A program made the translations under genes and the position numbers. Of a stretch of DNA of 64,000 nt, positions 10,901-22,700 are shown piece after piece. Each line of letters begins with the position of its first letter. Position 1 is the stretch's first letter. A model generated the notes under the pieces. It saw only the letters and a program-made list of their open reading frames with translations. It was not told the origin of the DNA and did no database searches. This DNA comes from Isurus oxyrinchus (Eukaryota): the NCBI GenBank assembly GCA_026770705.1, contig JANJGN010000121.1, positions 62,001 through 126,000 on the forward strand, in the 5' to 3' direction.

Positions 10901-12998
10901 CCTTTCGGAATAAAGTCTAGCGTTTGGACTGCTATTTTTCTGACCTGGTTAATGTGTGGTGTAACTTTTGGTGAATGATGTATCTGTATCCGTTCTCCCT
11001 GTGTTCCTCCATCCCACCTTGGCCTGAGATCCAGACTGACCTCGTGCATCGTGAGCAGAGAGCCGGAACGCCGAGTCCTCACAGACCTCGGGACGTTCAC
11101 ACGTGCGCGGGGGGCTCGCAGCACAATTTGCTGCTTCTGTCATTTTTGGGGGGGGCCGAGGCAGACCCCAGGGTGTCTGTGCAAAAATGGAATCTTGTCA
11201 CCTTATTCTCTTAGCAAGTGTCTTGAATCTCAAACAACGTCTACTTGAAACAAAACGTTATTGGTTCCTGACTGAACTTCACCAAAAAAAAAATTGGGTG
11301 CCTGTTCCTCCATCAGCAACTCTTCAGAATCCTGCTGAAGTCACGGATATTTCAGAAGGACAGGGAACAAGAGGTTTCTGGTATCAGCGTTTTGTGTGGG
11401 GCCCAGTTCAGTTTGAACAAATAAACAGCACCATCTTTGAAAGTCATGAACCCAACCCACCTTTCCCGTTCTCTCCAGTGTTTTTCTCTCTCTTGCTCGA
11501 TAATTTGATTCTGCCAAGGACCCCTTGGAAAATCATGGACCACAATTAGACAACCAATGGAATAAGAAATCTCTTTGGATGCTCATTGTCTAAGGAATCT
11601 CTTTGGATCTTCATTGTCTAAGGAATCTCTTTGGATCCTCATTGTCTAAGGAATCTCTTTGGATCTTCATTGTCTAAGGAATCTCTTTGGATCCTCATTG
11701 TCTAAGGAATCTCTTTGGATCCTCATTGTCTAAGGAATCTCTTTGGATCCTCATTGTCTAAGGAATCTCTTTGGATCCTCATTGTCTAAGGGATTATTTC
11801 TGATCCAAACCCCATATTGTTGTATTGTTGATTCCGATGCAGCATTGTAGACTGACTTGTCCCCAAGCTCAGCACTGACCCTACTCCAGCAGACACTGTG
11901 AAACACACTAACAAAGCGCCTCTAGCCTGAGCTCTGCATGTGTCGGAGGTGCCACTGTGGTGGGTTCATGACTTTCAAAGATGACGTTGTTTATTTGTTC
12001 AAACTGAACTGGGTCCCATATGAAACGCTGATACCAGAAACCTCTTGTTAACTGTCCTTCTGAAATATCCATGATTCAGCAGGATTCTGAAGATTTGCTG
12101 ATAAGGATCTAAAATTCTCTGATTGTTGAATGATACAGCACAGGAGGAGTTCATTTGACCCATCGTGCATGTGCTGGCTCTTTCCCAATTCCTCTCCAGC
12201 ACCTTTCACACATCCCTGCAAATTTCCCTTCAAGTATTTATCCAGTTCCCCTTCTGAAAGTTCCTGTTGAATCTGCTTCCACCGCCCTTTCAGGCAGTGA
12301 GTCAATGGTCTCTCTCTGAGCTGCAAAGTGCTCAGATTCTGTGAAATTTAAACTCTGCAGCAGATCAGAGACACTCATGATAACTCAGAATACACAGACA
12401 GCTTTGCCTCCCTTCTCTCTTTCAGTTATCTTGCTCCCTTATCAAAGTTTCTGGCATGGTGAGAATGGACAGGAAGTGTGACACTGAACAGCCTGTCTAT
12501 TCTAGGAGCTGCTGTGTTGTCTTCATGGGAAATTCTGTCTAATATCAGCAAAAGACACAAATTTCAGGATATTGCTATCAGAATCCTAGCACCTGGATAG
12601 ATTTCATCCCCCAGGTTCTTTCCCTGATTTTCAGCTCAACCCATCACTCCCCATCTATCACTGACCAACAGCCGACATCACCTGAAGTTTAAGATTCTGC
12701 TCTAGCTGCTACAATCCTGCCTAATTGTGTAACCGTCTCCAGCCCCTACAACGCTCTGAGATCTCTATTCTTCTCCAATTCTGCTGTCAGACAGGGAGTC
12801 AGTGTATATCAGTGAGCACAGGGGTGATGGGTGAATGGGACTTGGTGTCAGTTTGTACACTGGCTCACTGCTGAATTAGTTCCCAATCACAGCTCAATAA
12901 GAATGATCTTTACAAAGACACTTTACCATAAATCTGTCCAAGCTGACGATCATATTACCTTGGAGAAGTGACAGGAGGAAGTAAGATTTCCTGATCAT
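2698..12998 (-). CDS. Gene 1: inhibitory Siglec/MAG-like receptor (multi-exon: leader-V-D2-C2x3-TM-cyt1-cyt2)
   Basis: Exons 12959-12998, 9477-9845, 8809-9105, 8013-8294, (6912-7192 frameshifted), 6145-6426, 5231-5327, 4460-4541, 2698-2946 have GT-AG ends. They join in frame if 6912-7192 is skipped. Confidence 0.88.
3137..4250 (+). repeat. 33-bp minisatellite (CACTCCCTCAGTACTGACCCTCTGACAGTGCAG)n
   Basis: Direct inspection; source of the VQHSLSTDPLT/RECCTVRGSVL pseudo-ORFs. Confidence 0.95.
4460..4541 (-). CDS. Gene 1 first cytoplasmic exon (RKTATQERVSGTSDIALTPRSLSVKHQ)
   Basis: ttattgcag|G...CAG|gtacag; 82 nt, phase 2 to 0, fits both neighbours; paralogous copy at 27758-27839. Confidence 0.8.
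4645..4910 (+). mobile_element. Gypsy solo-LTR fragment
   Basis: Similar to 53143-53205 joined to 54457-54647 (gacatcac...ggaagtgtg.catgtgat...gtttcacttt...cattataa). Confidence 0.55.
5231..5327 (-). CDS. Gene 1 transmembrane exon (RDSSKWTVGLFTAGIMLSVFLAGIFIFICVRK), uncharged TM
   Basis: tttttacag|GT...AGAAA|gtaagt; hydrophobic stretch followed by basic residues; not in the ORF track. Confidence 0.9.
6145..6426 (-). CDS. Gene 1 Ig C2/I-set exon, copy a
   Basis: 282 nt, phase 1-1; C..W..DYQC Ig signature (IICSVESFPASNLTW...GDYQCVAENEHG). Confidence 0.9.
6912..7192 (-). pseudogene. Gene 1 Ig C2 exon, copy b, with a 1-nt deletion near its 5' end
   Basis: 281 nt vs 282 in siblings; ag|ACGCACCCAGAAT vs ag|ATGCACCACAGAAT; splice sites intact. 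Confidence 0.75.
7620..7982 (+). repeat. (TG)n-rich microsatellite
   Basis: Direct inspection; similar tract at 33308-33440. Confidence 0.95.
8013..8294 (-). CDS. Gene 1 Ig C2/I-set exon, copy c
   Basis: 282 nt, phase 1-1, nearly identical to copy a. Confidence 0.9.
8428..8690 (-). repeat. 33-bp minisatellite, reverse orientation
   Basis: Direct inspection. Confidence 0.9.
8809..9105 (-). CDS. Gene 1 Siglec domain-2 (C2-set) exon
   Basis: 297 nt; FTDKTTIFPAEIIAGKRVDVSCTFNTTCNGTAAPVLTW...LSCRVRYP; has the extra Cys that Siglecs use for the D1-D2 disulfide. Confidence 0.9.
9477..9845 (-). CDS. Gene 1 Siglec V-set exon with essential Arg (YFFRIE)
   Basis: 369 nt, cccag|TT...TCTG|gtaagt; Siglec Cys pattern GSCVQIPC...GDCSL with no F-strand Cys; Arg at the sialic-acid-binding position. 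Confidence 0.92.
10380..10940 (-). mobile_element. CR1 LINE 3' fragment
   Basis: RRNVFTQRVGRMWNSLP motif typical of the CR1 ORF2 C-terminus. Confidence 0.75.
11568..11791 (+). repeat. 28-bp tandem repeat (AATCTCTTTGGATCCTCATTGTCTAAGG) ~8 copies
   Basis: Direct inspection; a shorter array in the same context lies at 60722-60876. Confidence 0.9.
12959..12998 (-). CDS. Signal-peptide exon, cassette 1 (MIRKSYFLLSLLQ)
   Basis: ATG...CAAG|gtaata, 40 nt, phase 1; G+TT joins the V exon to give ...LLQVGLSQEW. Confidence 0.85.
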
Positions 12999-13448
12999 TG
13001 TCTACTCCCAGATATTACATTCACTTCTCAATCTCAAACTCTGAAAGAGAAAGGAGTTAATGAGACCTCACCTCTTGTCCGACAGCTCTCAAGAGATCAG
13101 AACTCCTTTTAGACAATGTCTTCACTGACTAATTTGATTCACGGTGGGATGATAGGTGCTCTGCAGAGAGTTACAAGGCTTTAAGGAAGAAAAACAATGA
13201 AGGATTTGCATTTGTATAGCACCTTTCACCACCTCAGAGCATCCAAAATCTCATGTCACTCCACTTCCCTCATCCCTTGAGCTAGAAAGATGTTCTGTAC
13301 AACAGACTTGACCCTCACACCCAGATCTCAATAATCAGTAGAAATCTTTCAAAGGCATCAATCATTGGAATCTGTCTTTATAAAGTCACAACATCAACAA
13401 AGTACGGTGTTGGCGGTGGAAGTGAATTCCAATCGTTCCGTTACTTAC

Positions 13449-13590
13449 CCAGGACCTGTCCGACTGCTCGCCTGGGGAGGAACTGCCCACACGCTCTGCT
13501 TGGGCTGAATGACCTCTTCCTGTGCTGCTCCCTCTGTGTATTTAATTAGAAAGAGCTGATGTGTCTCTGTGAGACAAAATGAGGAAGTTG
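13449..13590 (-). promoter_or_regulatory. Putative promoter and non-coding exon 1 with PU.1/ETS site, repeated in all seven cassettes
   Basis: Strong donor CTGG|gtaagtaa at 13449; AAATGAGGAAGT at 13577-13588 (AAAAGAGGAAGT at 15337; also ~17096, 18860, 37795, 60150, 62274). Similarity between genes stops shortly upstream of this site. Confidence 0.55.
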
Positions 13591-14725
13591 GAACAAAGTG
13601 AGTGAACAGCACTTAGCTGTGCACTGTTAGCAAACCCTGTGTCTGTATAAGAATATAAGAACAGAACAAGTAGGATCAGCTGGACACCCTGACATTTTCA
13701 TTCCTTACATGCCAGCCACTCATTTTTTTATCCACTCACTGAAACTATTTATCTTCCTCTGCAGCCTCTTTGTGTCCTCCTCACAACTTGCTTTCCTGCC
13801 CAGCTTATATATTTCCTACCTATCTTCACCATACAGTCAGAAAATCTGCCTACAGTACAGTCAGTCCCTTCATCCAAGTCACTAATGTAGATTGTGAATA
13901 GTTGATGCTTTGAAATATCTGTCTAATTATTCCCACGCTCAGCTCTACTCTCTCCTCCAAAGCCCTGCAAAATTTGCCCTTCAAGTATTTATCCAGTTCC
14001 CCTTCTGAAAGTTCCTGTTGAATCTGCTTCCACCGCCCTTTCAGGCAGTGAGTCAATGGTCTCTCTCTGAGCTGCAAAGTGCTCAGATTCTGTGAAATTT
14101 AAACTCTGCAGCAGATCAGAGACAATCATGATAACTCAGAATATTTGTCACCTTTACACACGGACAGCTTTACCTTCCTTCTCTCTTTCAGTTATCTTGC
14201 TCCCTTATTGAAGTATCTAGCATGGTGAGAATGGACAGGAAGTGTGACACTGAACAACCTGTCTATTCTAGGAGCTGCTGTGTTGTCTTCATGGGAAATT
14301 CTGACTAAAATCAGCAATAGACACAAAATTACAGCGCATTGTTATCCGTGTCCTAGCATCAGGATAGCTGTCATCCCCCTGTTTTTTTCCCTGATTTTCT
14401 GCTCAACCCATCACTCCCCATCTATCACTGACCAACAGCCGACATCACCTGAAGTTTAAGATTCTGCTCTAGCTGCTACAATCCTGTCTAATTGTGTAAC
14501 CGTCTCCAGCCCCTACAACGCTCTGAGATCTCTATTCTCCTCCAATTCTGCTGTCAGACAGGGAGTCAGTGTATATCAGTGAGCACAGGGGTGATGGGTG
14601 AATGGGACTTGGTATGAGTTTGTACACTGGCTCACTGCTGAATTAGTTCCCAATCACAGCTCAATAAGAATGATCTTTACAAAGACACTTTACCATAAAT
14701 CTGTCCAAGCTGACGATGATATTAC

Positions 14726-14765
14726 CTTGGAGAAGTGACAGGATGAAGTAAGATTTCCTGATCAT
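14726..14765 (-). CDS. Signal-peptide exon, cassette 2 (MIRKSYFILSLLQ)
   Basis: Intact ATG and donor in the second tandem unit. Confidence 0.75.
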
Positions 14766-16477
14766 TGTCTACTCCCAGATATTCCATTCACTTCTCAATC
14801 TCAAACTCTGAAAGAGAAAGAATTTAATGAGTCCTCACCTCTTGTCCGACAGCTCTTGCAAGATCAGAACTCCTTTTAGACAATGTCTTCACTGACTAAT
14901 TTGATTCACGGTGGGATGATAGGTGCTCTGCAGAGAGTTACAAGGCTTTAAGGAAGAAAAACAATGAAGGATTTGCATTTGTATAGCACCTTTCACCACC
15001 TCAGGGCATCCAAAATCTCGTCACTCCACTTCCCTCATCCCTTGAGCTAGAAAGATGTGCAGTACAACAGACTTGAGCCTCACACCAGATCTCAATAATC
15101 AGTAGAAATCTTTCAAAGGCATCAATCATTGGAATCTGTCTTTATAAAGTCAACATCAGCAAAGGACGGTGTTGGTCGTGGAAGTGAATTCCAATCGTTC
15201 CGTTACTTACCCAGGACCTGTCCGACTGCTCGCCTGGGGAGGAACTGCCCACACGCTCTGCTTGAGCTGAATGACCTCTTCCTGTGCTGCTCCCTCTGTG
15301 TATTTAATCAGAAAGGGTTGATGTGTCTGTGTGTTTAAAAGAGGAAGTTGGAACAAAGTGAGTGAACCGCACTTTGCTGTGCACTGTCAGTAAACCCTGT
15401 GTATGTATAAGAATATAAGAACAGAACAAGTAGGATCAGCTGGACACCCTGATATTTTCCATTCCTTCTATGCCAACCACTCATTTTTTTATCCACTCAC
15501 TGAAACTATTTATCTTCCTCTGCAGCCTCTTTGTGTCCTCCTCACAACCAGCTTTCCAGCACAGCTTATATATTTGCTACCTATCTTCACCATACAATCA
15601 GAAAATCTGCCGACAGTACAGTCAGTCTCTTCATCCAAGTCATTAATGTAGATTGTGAATAGTTGATGCTTTGAAATATCTGTCTAATTATTCCCACGCT
15701 CAGCACTACTCTCTCCTCCAAAGCCCTGCAAAATTTCCCTTCAAGTATTTATCCAGTTCCCCTTCTGAAAGTTCCTGTTGAATCTGCTTCCACCGGCCTT
15801 TCAGGCAGTGAGTCAATGGTCTCTCTCTGAGCTGCAAAGTGCTCAGATTCTGTGAAATTTAAACTCTGCAGCAGGTCAGAGACACTCATGATAACTCAGA
15901 ATATTTGACAGTTTTACACACAGACAGCTTTACCTTCCTTCTCTCTTTCAGTTATCTTGCTCCCTTATCAAAGTGTCTATCATGGTGAGAATGGACAGGA
16001 AGTGTGACACTGAACAGCCTGTCTATTCTAGGAGCTGCTGTGTTGTCTTCATGGGAAATTCTGACCAAAATCAGCAAAAGACACAAATTTCAGGTTTTTG
16101 CTATCAGAGTCCTAGTACCTGGATAGATTTCAGGTTCTTTCCCTGATTTTCTGCTCAACCCATCACTCCCCATCTATCACTGACCAACACTCGACATCAC
16201 CTGAAGTTTAAGATCCTGCTCTAGCTGCTACAATCCTGCCTAATTGTGTAACCGTCTCCAGCCCCTACAACCCTCTGAGATCTCTATTCTCCTCCAATTC
16301 TGCTGTCAGACAGGGAGTCAGTGTATATCAGTGAGCACAGGGGTGATGGGTGAATGGGACTTGGTATGAGTTTGTACACTGGCTCACTGCTGAATTAGTT
16401 CCCAATCAGAGATCAATAAGATTGATCTTTACAAAGACCCTTTACCATAAATCTGTCCAAGCTGACGATGATATTAC

Positions 16478-16517
16478 CTTGGAGAAGTGACAGGAGGAAG
16501 TAAGATTTCCCGATCAT
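16478..16517 (-). CDS. Signal-peptide exon, cassette 3 (MIGKSYFLLSLLQ)
   Basis: Intact ATG and donor in the third tandem unit. Confidence 0.75.
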
Positions 16518-18243
16518 TGTCCACTCCCAGATATTCCATTCACTTCTCACTCTCAAACTCTGAAAGAGAAAGGAGTTAAATAGACCTCACCTCTTGTCCG
16601 ACAGCTCTCGAAAGATCAGAACTCCTTTTAGACAATGTCTTCACAGACTAATTTGATTCACGGTGGGATGATAGGTGCTCTGCAGAGAGTTACAAGGCTT
16701 TAAGGAAGAAAAACAATGAAGGATTTGCATTTGTATAGCACCTTTCACCACCTCAGAGCATCCAAAAGCTCATGTCACTCCACTTCCCTCATCCCCTGAG
16801 CTAGAAAGATGTTCTGTACAACAGAATTGAGCCTCACACCCAGATCTCAATAATCAGTAGAAATCTTTCAAAGGCATCAATCATTGGAATCTGTCTTTAT
16901 AAAGTCACAACATCAACAAAGGACAGTGTTGGTGGTGGAAGTGAATTCCAATCGTTCCGTTACTTACCCAGGACCTGTCCGACTGCTCGCCTGGGGAGGA
17001 ACTGCCCACACGCTCTGCTTGGGCTGAATGACCTCTTCCTGTGCTGCTCCCTCTGTGTATTTAATTAGAAAGAGCTGATGTGTCACTGTGAGACAAAATG
17101 AGGAAGTTGGAACAAAGTGAGTGAACCGCACTTTGCTGTGCACTGTCAGTAAACCCTGTGTCTGTATAAGAATATAAGAACAGAACAAGTAGGATCAGCT
17201 GGACACCCTGACATTTTCATTCCTTCTATGCCAACCACTCATTTTTTTATCCACTCACTGAAACTATTAATCTCCCTCTGCAGCCTCTTTGTGTCCTCCT
17301 CACAACTTGCTTTCCTGCACAGCTTATATATTTCCTACCTATCTTCACCACACAGTCAGAAAATCTGCCTACAGTACAGTCAGTCCCTTCATCCAAGTCA
17401 CTAATGTAGATTGTGAATAGTTGAGGCTTTGAAAGATCTGTCCAATTAGTCCCACGCTCAGCTCTACTCTCTCCTCCACAGCCCTACAAAATGTCCCCTT
17501 CAAGTATTTATCCAGTTCCCCTTCTGAAAGTTCCTGTTGAATCTGCTTCCACCGCCCTTTCAGGCAGTGAGTCAATGGTCTCTCTCTGAGCTGCAAAGTG
17601 CCCAGATTCTGTGAAATTTAAACTCTGCAGCAGGTCACAGACAATCATGATAACTCAGAATATTTGACAGTTTTACACACAGACAGCTTTACCTTCCTTC
17701 TCTCTTTCAGTTATCTTGCTCCCTTATTGAAGTATCTAGCATGGTGAGAATGGACAGGAAGTGTGACACTGAACAGCCTGTCTATTCTAGGAGCTGCTGT
17801 GTTGTCTTCATGGGAAAATCTGTCTAAAATCAGCAAAAGACTCAAATTTCTGGTTTTTGCTTTCAGAATCCTAGCACCTGGATAGATTTCATCCCCCAGT
17901 TTTTTTCCCTGATTTTCTGCTCAACCCATCACTCCCCATCTATCACTGACCAATAGCCGACATCACCTGAAGTTTAAGATTCTGCTCTAGCTGCTACAAT
18001 CCTGCCTAACCCTGTAACCTCCTCCCGCCCCTACAACCCTCTGAGATCTCTATTCTCCTCCAATTCTGCTTTCAGACAGGGAGTCAGTGTATATCAGTGA
18101 GCACAGGGGTGATGGGTGAATGGGACTTGGTATGAGTTTGTACACTGGCTCACTGCTGAATCAGTTCCCAATCACAGCTCAATAAGAATGATCTTTACAA
18201 AGACACTTTACCATAAATCTGTCCAAGCTGACGATGATATTAC

Positions 18244-18283
18244 CTTGGAGAAGTGACAGGAGGAAGTAAGATTTCCCGATCAT
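18244..18283 (-). CDS. Signal-peptide exon, cassette 4 (MIGKSYFLLSLLQ)
   Basis: Intact ATG and donor in the fourth tandem unit. Confidence 0.75.
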
Positions 18284-19169
18284 TGTCCACTCCCAGATAT
18301 TCCATTCACTTCTCACTCTCAAAATCTGAAAGAGAAAGGAGTTAATGAGTCCTCACCTCTTGTCCGACAGCTCTTGAAAGATCAGAACTCCTTTTAGACA
18401 ATGTATTCACTGACTAATTTGATTCACGGTGGGATGATAGGTGCTCTGCAGAGAGTTACAAGGCTTTAAGGAAGAAAAACAATGAAGGATTTGCATTTGT
18501 ATAGCACCTTTCACCACCTCAGAGCATCCAAAATCTCATGTCACTCCACTTCCCTCATCCCTTGAGCTAGAAAGATGTGCAGTACAACAGACTTGAGCCT
18601 CACACCCAGATCTCAATAATCAGTAGAAATCTTTCAAAGGCATCAATCATTGGAATCTGCCTTTATAAAGTCAACATCAACAAAGGACGGTGTTGGTGGT
18701 GGAAGTGAATTCCAATCGTTCCGTTACTTACCCAGGACCTGTCCGACTGCTCGCCTGGGGAGGAACTGCCCACACGCTCTGCTTGGGCTGAATGACCTCT
18801 TCCTGTGCTGCTCCCTCTGTGTATTTAATGAGAAAGGGTTGATGTGTCACTGTGAGACAAAATGAGGAAGTTGGAACAAAGTGAGAGAACAGCACTTTGC
18901 TGTGCACTGTCAGTAAACCCTGTGTCTGTATAAGAATATAAGAACAGAACAAGTAGGATCAGCTGGACAATCTGACGTTTTCATTCCTTACATTCCAACC
19001 ACTCATTTTTTTGTCCCCTCACTGAAACTATTTATCTCCCTCTGCAGCCCCTTTGTGTCCTCCTCACAGTTGAAGGGTCATGAGGACTCGAAACCTCAAC
19101 TCTTTTCTACTCCGCTGATGCTGCCAGACCTGCTGAGTTTTTCCAGGTAATTCTGTTTTTGTTTTATAT

Positions 19170-21950
19170 ATTTCCTACCTATCTTCACCACACAGTCAGA
19201 AAATCTGCCTACAGTACAGTCAGTCCCTTCATCCAAGTCACTAATGTAGTTTGTGAATAGTTGAGGCCTCAGCACTGATCCCTGTGGCTCTCCACTAGTT
19301 ACAGTTTACCAAGCTGAAAATCACCCATTTATCCTGGCTCTCTGTTTCCTGTCAGTTAGCCAGTCCTCTATCCATATTAATATATCCCCCCCAACACCAT
19401 CCAATTTCACCCTGTGCAGTATCCTTTGATGTGGGGCCTTATCAAAAGCCTTTTGGAAATCCAATGTCATGAAGAGATATTTGTGTGTAAAATGTGCTTG
19501 GAAATTATTATTTAAAATAGAATTCTAGTGGTGGTCCATGTATAGGTGTGTGTCTGGGTGTGTCTTAATTGGAATAAAGCCAGTGGGTTTGTCTGCTTTG
19601 ATGTTTAGTAGTTTTGAGATGTTAATTGGGTGAATTGTGAGGAGAACAGTAAAGTGTTCATTTGCAATTGTTGAATAAACCATTCCAGACTGGGGGTAAA
19701 ATCTTGCACCTAGTTAGACGGATCCAAAAGATGTGTTTTTTCTTGAACTTACTAATGAAATTGGTGCTATGAAAGGGGGTTTTATTGTTCGAAGAGCTGG
19801 AGTTCAGAAGACCGAGTGATACAATGGAAAATTTACATTCAAAGGGAAAGCTAGCTATATAAAGGAAGGAGTTTGTGTGTGTGAGGCAGGAGCATTTCAG
19901 ACCTAACCAGCCTGTAGCCTCCAACCAACTTGCAAAGGAACCTCATTCAGAATTCGTAATGTCAAATGTGCTTTGCCTGGTGTCTGTATTATGTCAATGG
20001 TTCATTGTTGCCTTAGTAGAGATTTACGTGAGGTTGATTAATTGGGGGATTTGTTAAAAAGTTTTTATAATAGTTATTTGTAGCCAATGTGTATATGTTA
20101 AATTTGTTGTTAAATTAATAAATGGTTTATTTAGTTTTATATAAAAAACCCACAATCATCGGTGGTCTTATTCCTACTGAATTCAAAGTCTTCATCTCGA
20201 AATTACAAACAGCAAAATTGGGTTATGACAGTTGTTTCAAATTTCCCTCTGGGATTTGAACAACTCAGCCTTTACCCTTGGCTGTGTCATAGTCCCTAAT
20301 ACACCACATCTACAGGTTCCCCTTTATCCAATCCACTTGTTACATCCTCGAGGAAATCTAATTATTTTTTCAAACATGATATCCCTTTCACAAACCCATG
20401 TTGACTCTGTCTGATTGAATTATGGTTTTCTAAATGTCCTGCTGCTCCCTCCTTCATAATGAATTCTGGTATTTTCCCAATGACAGATATTAGACTATCT
20501 GACCTGTGGTTTCTTGCTTTCTGCCTCCTCCCTTTATTGAACAGATGTGTTTCATTTATGTTTTTCCAATCCGCTGGGACCTTCCCATAATCTAAGGAAT
20601 TCTGGAAGATTACAACCAATGCATCCACCGTCTCTGCAGCCATTTCCTTTCAGACCCTCACATTCAGGCCGTCTGCTCCATGGGACTTGTCAGCATCTGT
20701 CTCATTAGTTTTCTTAATACTTTTTCTCTGGTGATAGTGATTGTTTTATGTTCCTCCCTCCTTGTTGCACCGTGACTTTCTCCTGCTATTGGGATGGTTT
20801 TAGAGATTTTTACTGTGAAGACAGACACAAAATTCTTGTTGAAAGTCTCTGTCGTTTCCTGTTTCCCATTATTAATTCCCCAGTCTGATTTTCTATGTGT
20901 CCCATTATTACTGTAGCTTCTCTCTTATTTTAATGTACAACATCTCACTGTCATTGTTTATGGTTCTTGCTAGTTTACTCTCATATCATCATTTCTGCCT
21001 CCTTATATTTCTCCCCTCACTTTTCTGGTTTCTCAAATATTCCCAATCTCCAGCCTATCACTAAGCATCCCAACATTGCCGGCTTTATCTCACAATTGGA
21101 TACTGTCCTTAGCTTCCTGAGTTAGCCGCCGATGCTCCATCCTCCTTATAGATTCTTTCTTTCTTACTGGAAAATATCTTCATTGGAATTTATGAAAGAT
21201 CTCTTTAGATGCCTGTTACTCCTCATCTACCCCAATCCCCCCTTTAACCTGCTGTCCCACTCCACTTGGGCCGACTCTGCTTTTAACCCTTGTAATTGTC
21301 TCTAGATAAGTTTATGACACTAGTTTCAGAACCAAGTTTCTAATTTGAATATTAAATTTCAACACCGTAGGATTACTCTTCCCTTGAGGGTCCTTTACAA
21401 TGAGATGTTAATTAGTCTTGTCTCATTAAACATTGCCAGGACTAAAACAGCCTCTTCCCTGGTTGGTTCCACATTGCATTGTTCTAAAATACTGTCCTGA
21501 ATACAATTGCTGAAAGCTACATTTGCTAATTTGAGTTGTCTAATCTGTATGACGATTGAAAACTCCCATGATTATTGTGGTGCCTTTCACACAAACCTCC
21601 GCATGTATTGATTTATAATCTGTCCCTGCAGTGTAACTACTATCAGGGGGGAGTGTAAACCAACCCATCAGAGATTTCTTTCCCTTGCAATTTCTTATAT
21701 TCACCCAAACTGACTGTGCATCTTGACATCTGAGCCAAGATCATTTCTCACTACTTTACAGGTCTCATCTTTTATTAAGAGAGCTATCCCACCTCCTTTT
21801 CATTTTTCCTATCCTTTCAAAGATTCCAAATATCCTTCAATTTTCAATTTCCAACCTTGGTCACCTTGCAACCAACTCTCTGCAGTGTCCATCTTATCGT
21901 ACCCATTAATCTCTATTTGTGCTATAGCTTCATTCATTTTGTTCCAAATT
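19170..21950 (-). mobile_element. Decayed CR1 LINE ORF2, interrupted by a solo LTR
   Basis: IFQNSLDYGKVPADWK...QHGFVKGISCL (ORF 20362-20643). Confidence 0.8.
19465..20292 (+). mobile_element. Solo LTR
   Basis: Starts TGTCATGA, has AATAAA, ends ...gctgtgtcata; homologous to 26897-27622; splits the CR1. Confidence 0.7.
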
Positions 21951-21959
21951 AATGTTTTA

Positions 21960-22700
21960 TATATTCATTCTTCCATGGGAAGTGGGCATCACTGGCTAGG
22001 CCAGCATTTATGGCCCATCCCTAATTACCTTGAGAAGGTGGTGGTGAGCTGCCTTCCTGAACCTCTGCAGTCCATGTGGTGTAGGTACACCCACAATGCA
22101 GTTAGAGAAGGAAGTCCAAGATTTTGACCAAGTGGCAGTGAAGGGACGGCGATATATTTCAAAATCAGGATGATGTGTGTCTTGGAGGGGAAATTCCAGG
22201 TGGTGGTGTTCTCCTATGCCTGCTGCCCTTGTCCTTCTCAATGGTAGAGGTCGTGGGTTTGGAAGGTGCTGTTGAAGGAACCTTGCTGAGTTGCTGAAGT
22301 TCATGTTGTAGATGGGACACACTGCTGCCACTGTGCATTGACGATGGAGGGAGTGAGTGTTGCTGTGATTGAGGGGGAGCCAATCATGTGGGGCTGCTTT
22401 GTCCAGGGTGGTGTCGGGCTTCTTGAGTGTTGTTGGAGCTGCACTCATCCAGGCAAGTGGAGAGTATTCCATTCACACTCCTGCCTTGTGCTATGTTGAT
22501 GATGGACAGGATTTGAGGAGTCAGGAGGTGAGTTACTCACCACAGGATTCCCAGCCTCTGAGCTGCTCTAACTGTCATAGCATTTATGTGGCAGGTCCAG
22601 TTCACTCTCTGGCCTATGGTAACCCCCAGGATGTTGATATTCGGGGATTCAGTGATGGTGCTGCCATTGAATATCAAGGAGAAATGGTTAGATTCTCTCT
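21960..22700 (-). mobile_element. CR1-like LINE 3' end, same family as 450-1500
   Basis: MEYSPLAWMSAAPTTLKK...AAHHHLLK; plus-strand copy at 27970-28400. Confidence 0.8.

Larger units (their letters stand above)
12190..19270 (-). repeat. Four tandem ~1.76-kb units, each carrying a putative promoter, non-coding exon 1 and leader exon
   Basis: Leader donors spaced 1767, 1752 and 1766 bp apart; unit sequences visibly near-identical. Confidence 0.92.

Noticed and set aside
11568-11791. CRISPR-like 28-bp repeats
   Set aside because: Head-to-tail with no unique spacers, in a eukaryotic context.
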